Assembly (NCBI GenBank): GCA_049840735.1
Contig: JASGJN010000020.1
Coordinates: 320,001-384,000 of the forward strand
DNA length: 64,000 nt
Direction of reading: 5' to 3'
From: Anaeromyxobacter sp.
GTDB taxonomy: Bacteria; Myxococcota; Myxococcia; Myxococcales; Anaeromyxobacteraceae
The position numbers and the translations under genes are program-made. Position 1 is the stretch's first letter, and each line of letters begins with the position of its first letter. Positions 45,330 through 55,576 of the stretch are shown here, piece after piece. Under the pieces are notes generated by a model. That model searched no databases, was not told where the DNA came from, and was given only the letters and a program-made list of their open reading frames with translations.

Positions 45330-46331
45330 ATGCCCGAGCCCCTCGACCCCGCCCTGGAGCGCCTGCGCGACCTGCTGGTCGGCGAGGCCGCGCGCCGCGC
45401 GCCGCCCGAGCTGCGCAGCCTCCCCCGGGCGCTGGCGAGCGCCGCCCCGGTGCCCGCCGAGCTGCTCGACCTGGTCCGCGATCACCGGGCCGAGCTGCTG
45501 GAGTGGCTGGACGGGACCGTCCCACCCCGGCGCCCCGGCGGCGGCTGGCCGCTCGACCCCGCCGGACACCTGGCGGGCAGGCTCCTGCGCCACCTGCTGG
45601 CCAGGAACCAGTTCCTGCCGCTCGACGCGGCGCGCGTGGCGGCCCTGGAGGCGCTCCACGCCCGCGCCCTGGCCGCCGCCGCTGACGCGCTGCGCGAGGC
45701 CGAGGTCGACGCGGAGCTGGCGGCGGGGCTGGCCGGGGTGGAGGCCGCCTACCGCGAGGACCTGCGCGCCTTCGTGGCCGCGCTGCTCAAGGTGGAGGTG
45801 GCCGGACCGGTGGCAGGCCTGCGCCAGGTGGTGAGCGCGGAGTACACCGCCGCCCTCCAGCTCCGGGTGCTGGGGCTGGACGCGCGGGAGCTGCTGGAGC
45901 CGGTGCTGGACCTGGGCTGCGGCCCCGAGGCCCGGCTGGTGAGGCTGCTGCGCGAGGCCGGCAAGGACGCGCGCGGCGTGGACCGCCTGGCGGAGCCGGG
46001 AGAGGGCGTCTCGCGGGCGGACTGGTTCGAGGTCGAGGTCGCGCCGGGGACGCTCGGGACGGTGCTCTCCCACCTCGCCTTCTCGCTCCACTTCGTCCAC
46101 CACCACCTGCGCCCGGGGGACGAGGCCCTGCGCTACGCCCGCCGCTACATGGAGCTGCTGCGCGCGCTCCGGCCGGGCGGCGTCTTCGCCTACGCCCCGG
46201 GGCTGCCGTTCGTGGAGGACCACCTCGATCCCGCCACCTGGCGCGTCGAGCGCGCGCCGGTGCCGGCGCCGCCGCCCGCCGGCGCGGGCGCGGTCCCGTG
46301 GTACGCGGCGCGGGTCACGCGGCTGCGGTGA
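45330..46331 (+). CDS. Class I SAM-dependent methyltransferase-like protein
   Basis: VLDLGCG motif I, GVD, LRPGGVF; helical N-terminal half. Confidence 0.65.
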   Translation: MPEPLDPALERLRDLLVGEAARRAPPELRSLPRALASAAPVPAELLDLVRDHRAELLEWLDGTVPPRRPGGGWPLDPAGHLAGRLLRHLLARNQFLPLDAARVAALEALHARALAAAADALREAEVDAELAAGLAGVEAAYREDLRAFVAALLKVEVAGPVAGLRQVVSAEYTAALQLRVLGLDARELLEPVLDLGCGPEARLVRLLREAGKDARGVDRLAEPGEGVSRADWFEVEVAPGTLGTVLSHLAFSLHFVHHHLRPGDEALRYARRYMELLRALRPGGVFAYAPGLPFVEDHLDPATWRVERAPVPAPPPAGAGAVPWYAARVTRLR

Positions 46332-46452
46332 GCGGCGACCGCGGCCCGTGTGCGCGGCAGGAAACAGCTCTCCCACAGGTCGATCAGGGTACAGGCTGCG
46401 ATCTTGTGCCGCGCCCGCGCCTCATGCTCTTCTCTTCCACGGAGGACCTGCC

Positions 46453-46842
46453 ATGAACGAGTGGACCGCGGTCACCTGCCCCGACGCCACCATCGACGTC
46501 CTTCGGAAGCAGTTCGCGGACCAAGCCGAGCGGCTCCTGGCCGCCGTCGGCAAGGCCACCCCCCACGTCATCGCCGGGCTCGCGTCCCGCCTCCTCGAGA
46601 CCTCGCAGCAGCTCTTCGAGCGCGAGGAGCGGCGGCTCGCCGAGGGCAAGGCGTCCAGCCTCGTGCGCCACGCCCACGAGCACGGCCGCTTCCTGGCCGA
46701 CCTGGCGGAGCTGGCCGAGCTGGCGCAGAGCGGCGACGCGGCCGGGCTGGAGACGCTCCGCCCCCAGCGCTGGCTCAAGTCCTGGATCGCGGCGCACGCG
46801 CGGACGGACAAGGACCTGGCCGCGCTGACGCCGGCCGCCTGA
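46453..46842 (+). CDS. Hemerythrin-like protein (degenerate)
   Basis: W...ID, FEREE, HAHEH, W...H...D spacing; GGAGG RBS. Confidence 0.65.
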   Translation: MNEWTAVTCPDATIDVLRKQFADQAERLLAAVGKATPHVIAGLASRLLETSQQLFEREERRLAEGKASSLVRHAHEHGRFLADLAELAELAQSGDAAGLETLRPQRWLKSWIAAHARTDKDLAALTPAA

Positions 46843-46964
46843 CCCGCCGCAAGCGCCCATTCACCCCTCGGCGGGCGTGGGCCGCCGGTCGGGTTGCGCC
46901 GCGCCGCGGCGCCGGACATGGCAGGGCTTCCCGGCGGCATGCCGCCGCCCACCGGAGGCCCGCC

Positions 46965-47180
46965 ATGAAGACCCTCACCGCCATCCTCGCCGCTGCCGCG
47001 CTGCTCGCGCAGGCCGCGCCCGCGCTCGCCTGCGAAGGCCAGAAGTCCCACACGGCCGACAAGAAGAGCACCCAGCAGACCACCACCGCCCAGAAGCAGG
47101 CCAAGCCAGCCCAGGCGCAGCCGGCGGCGGTGAGCCAGAGCGCCCAGCAGCAGCAGGCGCCCAAGGCGGCGACGAACTAG
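46965..47180 (+). CDS. Small secreted low-complexity protein
   Basis: GGAGG RBS, signal peptide ending ALA-C, Q/K/A/T-rich tail. Confidence 0.65.
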   Translation: MKTLTAILAAAALLAQAAPALACEGQKSHTADKKSTQQTTTAQKQAKPAQAQPAAVSQSAQQQQAPKAATN

Positions 47181-47200
47181 CGGCGCTGGGGCAAACGCCT

Positions 47201-47312
47201 GCCCTTCGACTCCGCCGCGGCTGGGGCCGCGGCTTCGCTCAGGGCGAACGGACCGGGTGTCCCCGCTCGGCCTGAGCGTAGGGCCGCCACCGGCGGCCCG
47301 GAGTCGAAGGCC
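47201..47312. repeat. Inverted pair of REP-like elements
   Basis: 47201-47251, 11-bp spacer, reverse copy 47263-47312; same layout as 11684-11797. Confidence 0.9.
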
Positions 47313-47358
47313 GGGGGCACAAGGACGGGACCGCCCCCGCGGCCGGACGCCCGCGGCG

Positions 47359-49980
47359 CTACTTGAACAGCCCCTTCAGCTTCTTCTTCGCCTCCTCCTC
47401 CAGCTTCTTCTTGGCGTCCTGCTCCGGCTGGGCCTTCCCCTCCTCGCCCGGCTTGGCAGCCTCGTCCTTGCCGCCCCCCAGCCCCAGGCCGCCCAGCGCC
47501 TTGCCGAGCGAGTTGGACGCGACGTCGGAGGCGATGGTCTTGGCGGCGCCGTCCAGCGCCAGCCCGTCCAGGCGCGGGCTCCAGGCCGCGCCGGCCAGCT
47601 TGAAGTCGACCGGCACCGGCGACGAGACCTTGGCCTTCCCGCCGGTGATCTTCGAGATCAGCTCCGGCGACAGCGCCAGCGTGGCCGGCATGTCCAGCGA
47701 CCCGTCCAGCCTGACGCCGCCGTCCAGCTTGATCACGCCCTGGCCGGTGTCGAACTGGAGCGGCTGCTTGAGCCGCGCCACGCCGCCCGCCACCGCCAGC
47801 TGGAACGGGAGCGCCTTGCCGAGCGAGGTGGAGCCGCCGCCGCTGTACTTCTTGGCGAACGGCAGCATGCCCGAGAGCGGCGTGGCCACCGACGCCACCA
47901 GGTCCTTCCCGTGGAAGGCGCCGTCCTGGAGGTTGCCCTGGATGAGGCCGGTCACCGTCTTCAGCAGATCCTTGCCCTTCATGCCGCCCGCGCCCAGCTC
48001 CAGCCCCAGGTCCATGGTGCCGGAGAGCACCTTGTGGTCGGAGAGCAGCCCCAGCGCCTGATCCGCCTGCACGTGCTGCAGCTTGGCCACCACCTTGAAC
48101 GGATCCTCGGGGTGGGCCAGGCGGACCACCGTGCCGGCCGCGGAGACGGAGCCGCCGAAGGCCTGCAGCTGCGCCTGCTCCAGCGTGACGGTGTCCTCCT
48201 TGACCACCACCTTGGCCAGCACGTCGCGCAGGTCGAGCTGGTGGTAGCGGAGCAGGCCCAGCTGGAGGTTGGCGACGCCGGAGAGGCCGGCGAAGGCCTT
48301 GGGGTCGAGCGGCTTCGAGGCCGGCGCCTTCTCCGGCTTCTTCTTCTCCGCCGGCGAGGGCAGCAGCAGCCGGTCCACGTCCAGCTTCTCGCCCGAGAGC
48401 GAGGCCTGGAAGGTGGTGGTGCGGTGCCCCTCGGCGCCGGCCAGCGTGGCCTGGGCGGTCCCGGCCAGCTTGTCGCCCAGCAGGTCCAGGTCCACCGTCG
48501 AGAGGCGCACCTCCTTCGACTGGCCCGAGCCTTGGTACGTGCCCGCGACGCGCACCGCCAGCGGGTCGCCGGGCTTCTTGGCCAGCGCTCCGCCCGGGCG
48601 GAGGTCCGCGCCGGCCAGGTCGAGCCGCGTGTCGAAGGCGATCCGGCCCGCCTGCGAGGTGCTGGCCCGCGCGGTCAGCGCCATGGGCGCGCCGGCGGCC
48701 TTCTCCAGCTGCTGCGGGACCCGCAGCCGCACCGGGCCGAGGTCCACCCGCAGCTCCACCGACTGCGCCGCCTGGGTCCCCTCCCCGCGCAGCGACAGGC
48801 CGATGGGGCCGGCCACCTCGGCGCCGCCCAGCGACTTGCGCAGCGGCGGGTAGTACGCCGCCAGCGCCTCCGGGTCGAGGCCGCGCGAGACCACCTCCAG
48901 GCCCTCCACCTTCGGCGTCTCGGAGCGCAGGCCGGTCACCCGGCCGCGGCCGCTCAGCGCGGCCGGCCCCGCCGTCAGCTCCAGCTTGCCGATGCGCAGG
49001 TCGCCGGCGCCGGCGTCGGCCTCCAGGTCCGCGTCGAGCGCGGCGTCCAGCTTCTTGCCGCCCTCCTGCCCGGCGAAGGCCAGCTGCGTGGCCTTGAACC
49101 CGCCCTTGACGGTGGTGGGCCCCTTCCCGCCCTCGACCGCGGCGCCCAGCGCCATGGCCAGATCGGCCTGGAACCGGCCGCCCAGCAGGCCGACCGAGGC
49201 CGGCAGGAACGGCGCCAGCGGGTCGAGGTCGATGGGCTGGACCTTCAGCGTCACCGCCTCGATGACCGGCGCGAGCGACGGGGGCAGCGGCGCCGAGCGG
49301 ACCCTCAGCTCGAGGTTCTGCTGGTGCGCCAGCACCGCCGCCTTGAGCACCAGGTCGAGCGGGCGTCCGGCCCGGACGTCGCGCACCTCCAGGTCCACGT
49401 CCTCCACGAACAGCTCCTTCGCGGCCGGGCGCGTCCGGTCAACGAAGGCGATGCGGGCGTTCTCGACCGCGGCGCGCCCCACCTCGATGTCGAGCGCCTT
49501 GCCCTGCCCCTGCGGCTGCTCCGGGGCCTCCTCCGGCTGCGCCTGCTTGCGCTCCGCCAGCTTCTTCGAGAGCCGCTCCACGTTGGTGGTGCCGTCCGGC
49601 AGCTTGACCACGTTCACGCGCAGTCCTTCGACCACCGCCTCGCGGACGGCGATGTCCGAGCCGCCGGAGAAGATCGCCCGCAGCAGCGCCAGCCCCACCT
49701 CGGCGCGATCCAGCTCCAGCAGGGGGAGCCCCTCGCCCTCGGCGGCGCCCACCGATACCCCGGTGACCTTCACCCCCAGCCCGCCCAGCAGGCGCGTGCT
49801 CACCTCGTCCACGGCGATGGGCCGGCCCAGCTCCCGTGAGAGCTTCGCGGTCTGCTCGTGCACCTGGCTGTTGATGATGCGGTCGAGCAGCAGCACGGCC
49901 GCGACCAGCAGCGCGACCAGGACGGCGAGCACGATGAGCAGGATTCGGGGCCAGCGGCGAGGGCGGCGGTCGGTCTCCAT
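47359..49980 (-). CDS. AsmA-family protein
   Basis: Single N-terminal TM, long beta-rich body, Lys-rich helical C-terminus (KKKLKGLFK). Confidence 0.78.
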   Translation of the reverse strand: METDRRPRRWPRILLIVLAVLVALLVAAVLLLDRIINSQVHEQTAKLSRELGRPIAVDEVSTRLLGGLGVKVTGVSVGAAEGEGLPLLELDRAEVGLALLRAIFSGGSDIAVREAVVEGLRVNVVKLPDGTTNVERLSKKLAERKQAQPEEAPEQPQGQGKALDIEVGRAAVENARIAFVDRTRPAAKELFVEDVDLEVRDVRAGRPLDLVLKAAVLAHQQNLELRVRSAPLPPSLAPVIEAVTLKVQPIDLDPLAPFLPASVGLLGGRFQADLAMALGAAVEGGKGPTTVKGGFKATQLAFAGQEGGKKLDAALDADLEADAGAGDLRIGKLELTAGPAALSGRGRVTGLRSETPKVEGLEVVSRGLDPEALAAYYPPLRKSLGGAEVAGPIGLSLRGEGTQAAQSVELRVDLGPVRLRVPQQLEKAAGAPMALTARASTSQAGRIAFDTRLDLAGADLRPGGALAKKPGDPLAVRVAGTYQGSGQSKEVRLSTVDLDLLGDKLAGTAQATLAGAEGHRTTTFQASLSGEKLDVDRLLLPSPAEKKKPEKAPASKPLDPKAFAGLSGVANLQLGLLRYHQLDLRDVLAKVVVKEDTVTLEQAQLQAFGGSVSAAGTVVRLAHPEDPFKVVAKLQHVQADQALGLLSDHKVLSGTMDLGLELGAGGMKGKDLLKTVTGLIQGNLQDGAFHGKDLVASVATPLSGMLPFAKKYSGGGSTSLGKALPFQLAVAGGVARLKQPLQFDTGQGVIKLDGGVRLDGSLDMPATLALSPELISKITGGKAKVSSPVPVDFKLAGAAWSPRLDGLALDGAAKTIASDVASNSLGKALGGLGLGGGKDEAAKPGEEGKAQPEQDAKKKLEEEAKKKLKGLFK

Positions 49981-50149
49981 GGGCGTGGAGGCTAAGCCCC
50001 AGGGCCGCCCCTGTCACCCACCGTCAGCGCCGCGGGGGCTTCCCCGCCCGATCGCCGCCCCCTCCCGGGACCCGGGCGGTTTGCCCCGCTGTCGCTGGAA
50101 CCCGGCGCCCCCCTGTGGCACGCTCGGCGCTCCGGAAAGGGAGGGACCG

Positions 50150-51256
50150 ATGGGGCTCCTGGACAAGCTGCGCGGTGAGTTGATCGACATCGTCGAGTGG
50201 GTGGACGACAGCCAGCACACGCTGGTCTGGCGCTTCCCGCGCTACCAGAACGAGATCAAGAACGGCGCCCAGCTGGTGGTGCGGCCGGGTCAGGTGGCGG
50301 TCTTCGTCGACCGCGGCCAGGTCGCCGACGTCTTCCAGCCCGGGATGTACACCCTCACCACCGCCAACCTCCCCCTGCTCTCCACGCTGCAGGGCTGGAA
50401 GTACGGGTTCGAGAGCCCGTTCAAGGCCGAGGTCTACTTCTGCTCAACGCGCCAGATCACCGATCTGAAGTGGGGCACGCCCAACCCGGTGATGCTGCGC
50501 GACGCCGACTTCGGCCCCATCCGGCTGCGGGCCTTCGGCACCTACGCGCTCCGCGCGGCGGATCCCAAGGCGCTGCTCAAGGGGCTGGTGGGCACCGACG
50601 GCGACTTCCAGGCCGACGAGGTGGGCGAGCTGCTCCGGGCCATGATCAACACCGCCTTCGCCCAGCTGGTGGGCGAGTCGAAGATCGCGGCGCTCGACCT
50701 GGCCGCGAACCTGGTGCACCTCTCGCAGCAGCTGCGGGAGCGGGTGCAGGCCCAGATCGACGACGAGTACGGGCTGGAGATCCCCCAGCTGCTGATCGTC
50801 AACGTCTCGCTCCCGCCGGAGGTGGAGAAGGCGCTCGACACGCGCAGCAGCATGGGCGTCATCGGCGACCTGCAGCGCTTCCAGCAGTTCCAGATGGGCC
50901 AGGCCGTGCTGGCCGCGGCGCAGAACCCGGGCGGCCTGGGCGCCGCCGGGGCCGGGGCCGGGCTGGGCTTCGGCATGGCCGCGCAGATGGCGCAGATGGC
51001 CGCCCCCGCCGCCGCCGCCGCCGTTCCCCCGCCGCCACCGCCGCCAGCCGCCTGGCACGTCACCCAGGCCGGCCGCACGGTGGGCCCGTTCGACGCCGCG
51101 GGCCTGGCCGGCGCCGCCGCCCGCGGCGAGCTGACCGCGGCCACGCTGGTCTGGTCGGCGGGGATGGCGGGCTGGACGCCGGCCGGCCAGGTCCCGGCGC
51201 TGGCCCACCTCTTCGCCGCTCCACCTCCCCCTCCTCCGCCGCCCCAGGCCGGCTAG
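50150..51256 (+). CDS. SPFH-domain protein (YdjI-like) with C-terminal GYF_2/DUF4339 domain
   Basis: LIDIVEW, IKNGAQLVVR, SPFKAEVYF, KWGTPNP, RAFGTY; GPF...LVW..GM.GW tail. Confidence 0.85.
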   Translation: MGLLDKLRGELIDIVEWVDDSQHTLVWRFPRYQNEIKNGAQLVVRPGQVAVFVDRGQVADVFQPGMYTLTTANLPLLSTLQGWKYGFESPFKAEVYFCSTRQITDLKWGTPNPVMLRDADFGPIRLRAFGTYALRAADPKALLKGLVGTDGDFQADEVGELLRAMINTAFAQLVGESKIAALDLAANLVHLSQQLRERVQAQIDDEYGLEIPQLLIVNVSLPPEVEKALDTRSSMGVIGDLQRFQQFQMGQAVLAAAQNPGGLGAAGAGAGLGFGMAAQMAQMAAPAAAAAVPPPPPPPAAWHVTQAGRTVGPFDAAGLAGAAARGELTAATLVWSAGMAGWTPAGQVPALAHLFAAPPPPPPPPQAG

Positions 51257-51265
51257 GAGCCCCAG

Positions 51266-52408
51266 GTGGAAGGCCCTCCGCCGCTCCCGCCGGCACCGCC
51301 GGCAGCGCCGCCGCCCCTCTCCGAAGCGCCGCAGACGCAGGGGCGCACCTTCCCCTGCGCGCGCTGCGGCGCCGAGCTGACCTACGCCATCGGCGCGGCC
51401 GCGCTCCGCTGCAGCTACTGCGGGTACGAGCAGCCGCTCACGGTCGAGGCGGGCGCGGCCGTCCTGGAGCACGACCTCCAGGCGGCCCTCTCCCGCGGCG
51501 CCGCCGCGCGCCCCACCGCCGACGCTGCCCCGGGCCGGCAGGAGCTGCGCTGCGACAGCTGCGGGGCCACGGTGGTCTTCGACGGCACCCTCACCAGCAG
51601 CGCCTGCTCCTTCTGCGGCGTGCCGGTGCAGCGCGACCGCGTCCACCAGGCCGCCGACCGGCTCCCGGTGGACGGCGTGCTGCCCTTCGCGGTCGAGGCG
51701 GGGCAGGCCCGCGGCGCGCTGGCCAGCTGGGTGAAGGGGCTCTGGTTCGCCCCCAACGACTTCCGCAAGCGCGGCGTGGACGGGGACCTGCAGGGCGTCT
51801 ACCTGCCCTTCTTCACCTTCGACGCCATGACCTCGACCACCTACCAGGGCCAGCGCGGCGAGCACTACTGGGTCACGGTCGGCTCGGGCCAGAACGAGCG
51901 GCGGGAGATGCGCACCCGCTGGTACCCCGCCTCCGGCGCCTTCCAGCGCTTCTTCGACGACGTGCTGGTGCCGGCCTTCCGCGCCCTGCCGGCGCCGCTC
52001 CTGACCCAGCTCGAGCCCTGGCCCCTGGGCGGCTGCCTGCCCTTCACGCCCGAGGCCCTGGCCGGGAAGCTGGCCCACACCTACGACGTCGAGCTCCCGC
52101 CGTCCTTCCAGGCCGCGCGCGAGCGGATCGACGGGGCGCTGCGCGAGGAGGTGGAGGAGCGGATTGGCGGAGACGAGCAGCGCATCACCGACCTGACCAC
52201 CGGCTACGCGGCCCTCACCTTCAAGCACCTGCTCCTGCCGGTGTGGCTGCTGGCCTACAGGTACCGCGAGAAGAGCTACCGGGTGGCCATCAACGCCTGC
52301 ACCGGCGAGGTCCACGGCGAGCGCCCCTGGAGCGTCGTCAAGATCACCTTCGCGGCGATCCTGGCCGCGGTGGTGGCGGCCCTGATCTACACCGCGTCCC
52401 AGCAGTGA
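51266..52408 (+). CDS. Multi zinc-ribbon membrane-anchored protein (YdjG-like)
   Basis: Four CxxC pairs, YLPFFTFD, LLLPVW, ING-like INACTGEV.GERP and a C-terminal TM. Confidence 0.78.
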   Translation: MEGPPPLPPAPPAAPPPLSEAPQTQGRTFPCARCGAELTYAIGAAALRCSYCGYEQPLTVEAGAAVLEHDLQAALSRGAAARPTADAAPGRQELRCDSCGATVVFDGTLTSSACSFCGVPVQRDRVHQAADRLPVDGVLPFAVEAGQARGALASWVKGLWFAPNDFRKRGVDGDLQGVYLPFFTFDAMTSTTYQGQRGEHYWVTVGSGQNERREMRTRWYPASGAFQRFFDDVLVPAFRALPAPLLTQLEPWPLGGCLPFTPEALAGKLAHTYDVELPPSFQAARERIDGALREEVEERIGGDEQRITDLTTGYAALTFKHLLLPVWLLAYRYREKSYRVAINACTGEVHGERPWSVVKITFAAILAAVVAALIYTASQQ

Positions 52409-52513
52409 CACGGCGTGGGAGGGGCTCACCTACCCTGGGTCCGGGGCGCACCCACCGTGCGTCCCGGATGAAATCGGGGGCCGAGGTCTGGTAGAGGAGA
52501 GGAGGAGGTCCCC

Positions 52514-52882
52514 GTGGCCGATTCCCGTGCAGGCTTCATCACCCACGCCGGAAGGCGCATCTACCTGATCAACGCCGAGGGGCTCACCTCCCAGCAGGTG
52601 ATCGACCTCTGCCCGACGGTCGAGCGCGACATCCGCAGCCAGCCGCCCGCCTCGGTGATGACCATCACGCACGTGAAGGGCGTCCCCCTGGACCACAAGA
52701 TGACCGAGCGGCTCCGGCAGCTCTCCGAGGGCAACAAGCCCTTCGTGAGGTGCGCCTGCATCACCGGCCTCTCCCCGGTGCAGCGGTTCGTCTTCAACAC
52801 CGTGAAGGTGCTGGCCCGCCGCGACTTCCACGTGTTCGAGACCGTCGACCAGGCCAAGGACTTCCTGTCCACCCAGCCGTAG
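52514..52882 (+). CDS. Hypothetical protein, possibly STAS/SEC14 (SpoIIAA-like)
   Basis: Strong AGGAGG RBS; ITGLSPVQR and FET...AKDFL resemble this fold family. Confidence 0.55.
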   Translation: MADSRAGFITHAGRRIYLINAEGLTSQQVIDLCPTVERDIRSQPPASVMTITHVKGVPLDHKMTERLRQLSEGNKPFVRCACITGLSPVQRFVFNTVKVLARRDFHVFETVDQAKDFLSTQP

Positions 52883-52907
52883 CGCCCGCGCGGCGACGCG
52901 GCCCCGC

Positions 52908-54334
52908 ATGATCGACCCGGACCGCTCCTCCCCGCGGCGCTCACCACCCCGGCCGCCGGCGTGGCCGCCGAGATCCTGTGGGTGCTGGGATCCGCCGCCT
53001 GGCTGGCGCACCAGCGCCGCTCCCCCGCCGGCACCCTGGCCTGGATCCTGGCGCTGGCGGCGCTGCCGCTGGTGGGCATCCCGGTCTACCTGGTGCTGGG
53101 CCCGCGGCGGCTGGAGCGCAAGCGGCTGCGGATCCGCCGCGTGCAGCGCGATCGCGCGGCCTACCTGGCGGCGTGCCAGCCCCAGGCCCCCGGAGACCCG
53201 CAGCTGGCGCGGCTGGCGACGCGGCTGGGGGCGCTGCCTCCCGAGACGGCCGGCGCGCTGTCGCTCCACTTCGACGGCGACGGCTGGCTCTCCGCGGTCG
53301 AGGCCGCCATCCGCGAGGCGCGCCACCACGTCCACCTCGAGTTCTACATCTTCGAGGCCGGCCCCACCGGCGCCCGCGTCCGCGACGCGCTGGTGGAGGC
53401 GGCGCGCCAGGGGGTGGAGGTCCGGCTGCTGGTGGATGACGCCGGCTCGCCCCGCCACCGGCGGCGCTTCCTTCGGCCGCTGCTGGACGCGGGCGCCGAG
53501 GTGGCGCGCTTCAACCCCATCCTGTTCCGGCTCCGGCGCGGCGCCGCAAACTTCCGCTCGCACCGCAAGATCGTGGTCTGCGACGGGCGCGTCGGCCTCA
53601 CCGGCGGCATCAACGTCTCGGACGACCAGAGCGCGGCGATCCGGGGCGCCGCGGCCTGGCGCGACACCGGCCTGCGCCTGGACGGCCCGGCCGTGCACGG
53701 CCTGCAGCTGGCCTTCCGCGAGGACTGGGCCTTCGCCACCGGCCGCTCCATCCCGGCCACCGCCGCCTACTTCCCGGCCTCGCCGGAGGGGACGCGGCTG
53801 GTGCAGATCGTCCCCTCCGGCCCCGACCAGTCGCCGCCGGCCGCGGCGCTGCTCTACCCCGCGGCCATCGCCGCCGCGCGCGAGCGGATTCGGATCACCA
53901 CCCCCTACTTCGTGCCGGACGAGCCGCTGCTCACCGCCCTCGCCAGCGCCGCGCTGCGCGGCGTGGACGTGCAGATCATCCTGCCGGCCCGCACCGACGC
54001 CTGGCTGGTGGACGCGGCCTCGCGCAGCTACCGCGATCCGCTGGCGGCGGCCGGGGTGGGCCTCCACCTCTACGGGCCGGCCATGGTGCACGCCAAGACC
54101 TGCGTGGTGGACCGGACCGTGGCGCTGGTGGGGAGCGCCAACCTGGACAGCCGCAGCCTGCGGCTCAACTTCGAGATCACCGCGCTGCTCCACGACCCAG
54201 AGGCCGTCGAGGTCCTGGCCGCCCAGTTCCAGCGCGACCTGGCGCACACCTGCCGGGCGCCGCGCGAGCGGGAGGCGGGGCTGGGCCGCCGGCTCCTCGC
54301 CAGCATCGCCCGGCTGCTCGCCCCGCAGCTCTGA
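52908..54334 (+). CDS. cls: Cardiolipin synthase (PLD family); start uncertain (52961, or 52908 with a frameshift)
   Basis: N-terminal PLDc_N (RRSPAGTLAW), HRKIVVCD and HAKTCVVD HKD motifs, SGPD, TPYFVP. Confidence 0.88.
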
Positions 54335-54356
54335 AGCGGAGGCCTGCGGCCCGCCG

Positions 54357-55010
54357 TCAGCGCTCCTGCGGCTCCCGCTGCCCTCCGCCGCCCGCGGCCG
54401 CCTTGCCGCGCGAGCCGGGCCGGTGGCGCGGGCTCCTGCGCGCACCCTGGGCGCACTCCAGCTGCTTCGCGACCATTCGCCTGAAGGCGGCGCGCATGGG
54501 CTCGAAGCGGGCCGGATCGCGCTCCAGCGCGCCCAGCGCCAGGGCCACCGCGTCGATGGTGGACATGCAGTGGGCCTCCGGCTCCCGGCGCAGCAGGCCG
54601 TACCCCTCGGCGCCGTCCGGCACCACCGAGAGCTTCGGCAGCGCGGCCAGCTGCGGGTTGTCCCGCAGCATCCGCTCCACCTGCAGCCAGGTGCCATCGA
54701 TGACCACCAGGTGGCGCGGCGGATCGCCGGCGCGGGCGGTCGCCGGGACGGCGTCCGGACCGGGGTAGAGCAGCGCGCCGTCCGGCTGGGCCAGCACCTC
54801 CGCCAGCCGGGCATGGCCGGCGAAGACGACACCCTGGTGCAGCTCGGCGTTCTCCAGCGCCACCCGGGCCAGGCGGGCGCTGCAGATGGCCACGCGCGCC
54901 TCGCGCGGATGCTGGAGCAGCACCACCCGCGTCCGCGACGGGGCCGGGACGAGCCCCTCGCAGACGCAGGCGGCCCTGGGGCGGAGGCAGCGGCGGCAGA
55001 GCTCTCGCAC
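54357..55010 (-). CDS. DTW-domain tRNA-uridine aminocarboxypropyltransferase
   Basis: CxxC...CxC, LLQHPRE, LLYP, IDGTW, ST..A. Confidence 0.85.
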   Translation of the reverse strand: MRELCRRCLRPRAACVCEGLVPAPSRTRVVLLQHPREARVAICSARLARVALENAELHQGVVFAGHARLAEVLAQPDGALLYPGPDAVPATARAGDPPRHLVVIDGTWLQVERMLRDNPQLAALPKLSVVPDGAEGYGLLRREPEAHCMSTIDAVALALGALERDPARFEPMRAAFRRMVAKQLECAQGARRSPRHRPGSRGKAAAGGGGQREPQER

Positions 55011-55058
55011 GGGGCCGGCAAGGTACGAGGACCGGGCCCGCCGTTCAAGCCCCGCGCG

Positions 55059-55391
55059 TCACTTCGCGACGGCGGCGTCCCCGGCGGCCACCTGGGTGAC
55101 CACCGCGCCGGCCTCGACGTAGCCGGTCTGGCCATCGGCGGTCTTGACCCGGCGGAAGCCGCGCACGGTCTCGGTGGAGGCGGTCACGGCCGCGCCCGAC
55201 GCCAGCGTCTGGCGGGCGGGCGAGCGCGCGTCGGGGGCGCTGCGCAGCGACACCTCGCGCGAGAGCGTGGCGGGGAGGACCGGGGACGGCGCGGCCTGGT
55301 TCCGCTGGGCCACCTCCTCCTCGGTGCGGAAGGCCTGGTCGTAGGCGCAGGCGGACAGGGCGAGCAGCAGGGCGACGGACAGGACGCGCAT
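55059..55391 (-). CDS. Small SH3b-domain lipoprotein
   Basis: Lipobox LSAC; LRSAP...[15 protein letters not shown]. Confidence 0.7.
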   Translation of the reverse strand: MRVLSVALLLALSACAYDQAFRTEEEVAQRNQAAPSPVLPATLSREVSLRSAPDARSPARQTLASGAAVTASTETVRGFRRVKTADGQTGYVEAGAVVTQVAAGDAAVAK

Positions 55392-55576
55392 GGCTTCTCC
55401 GGGCGTGGGCAGACCCCTCCCGCGCACCGCCCCTGCGGCGCGAGGATGGGATCGCGGGATGGCGTTTCACTACGCGCGCGGCGCACGGCTATTTCGCGCC
55501 CCGGGCGTATACTCCTGGCAGGCCGCGCCCCTCACCGCAGCGGGGGCACCAGGCGGGCGCGGCGCCGGAGGGGCGG

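Noticed and set aside
46332..46452. Riboswitch or FNR box upstream of the hemerythrin-like gene
   Set aside because: Some pairing is possible, but I could not match a known aptamer consensus or TTGAT-N4-ATCAA.
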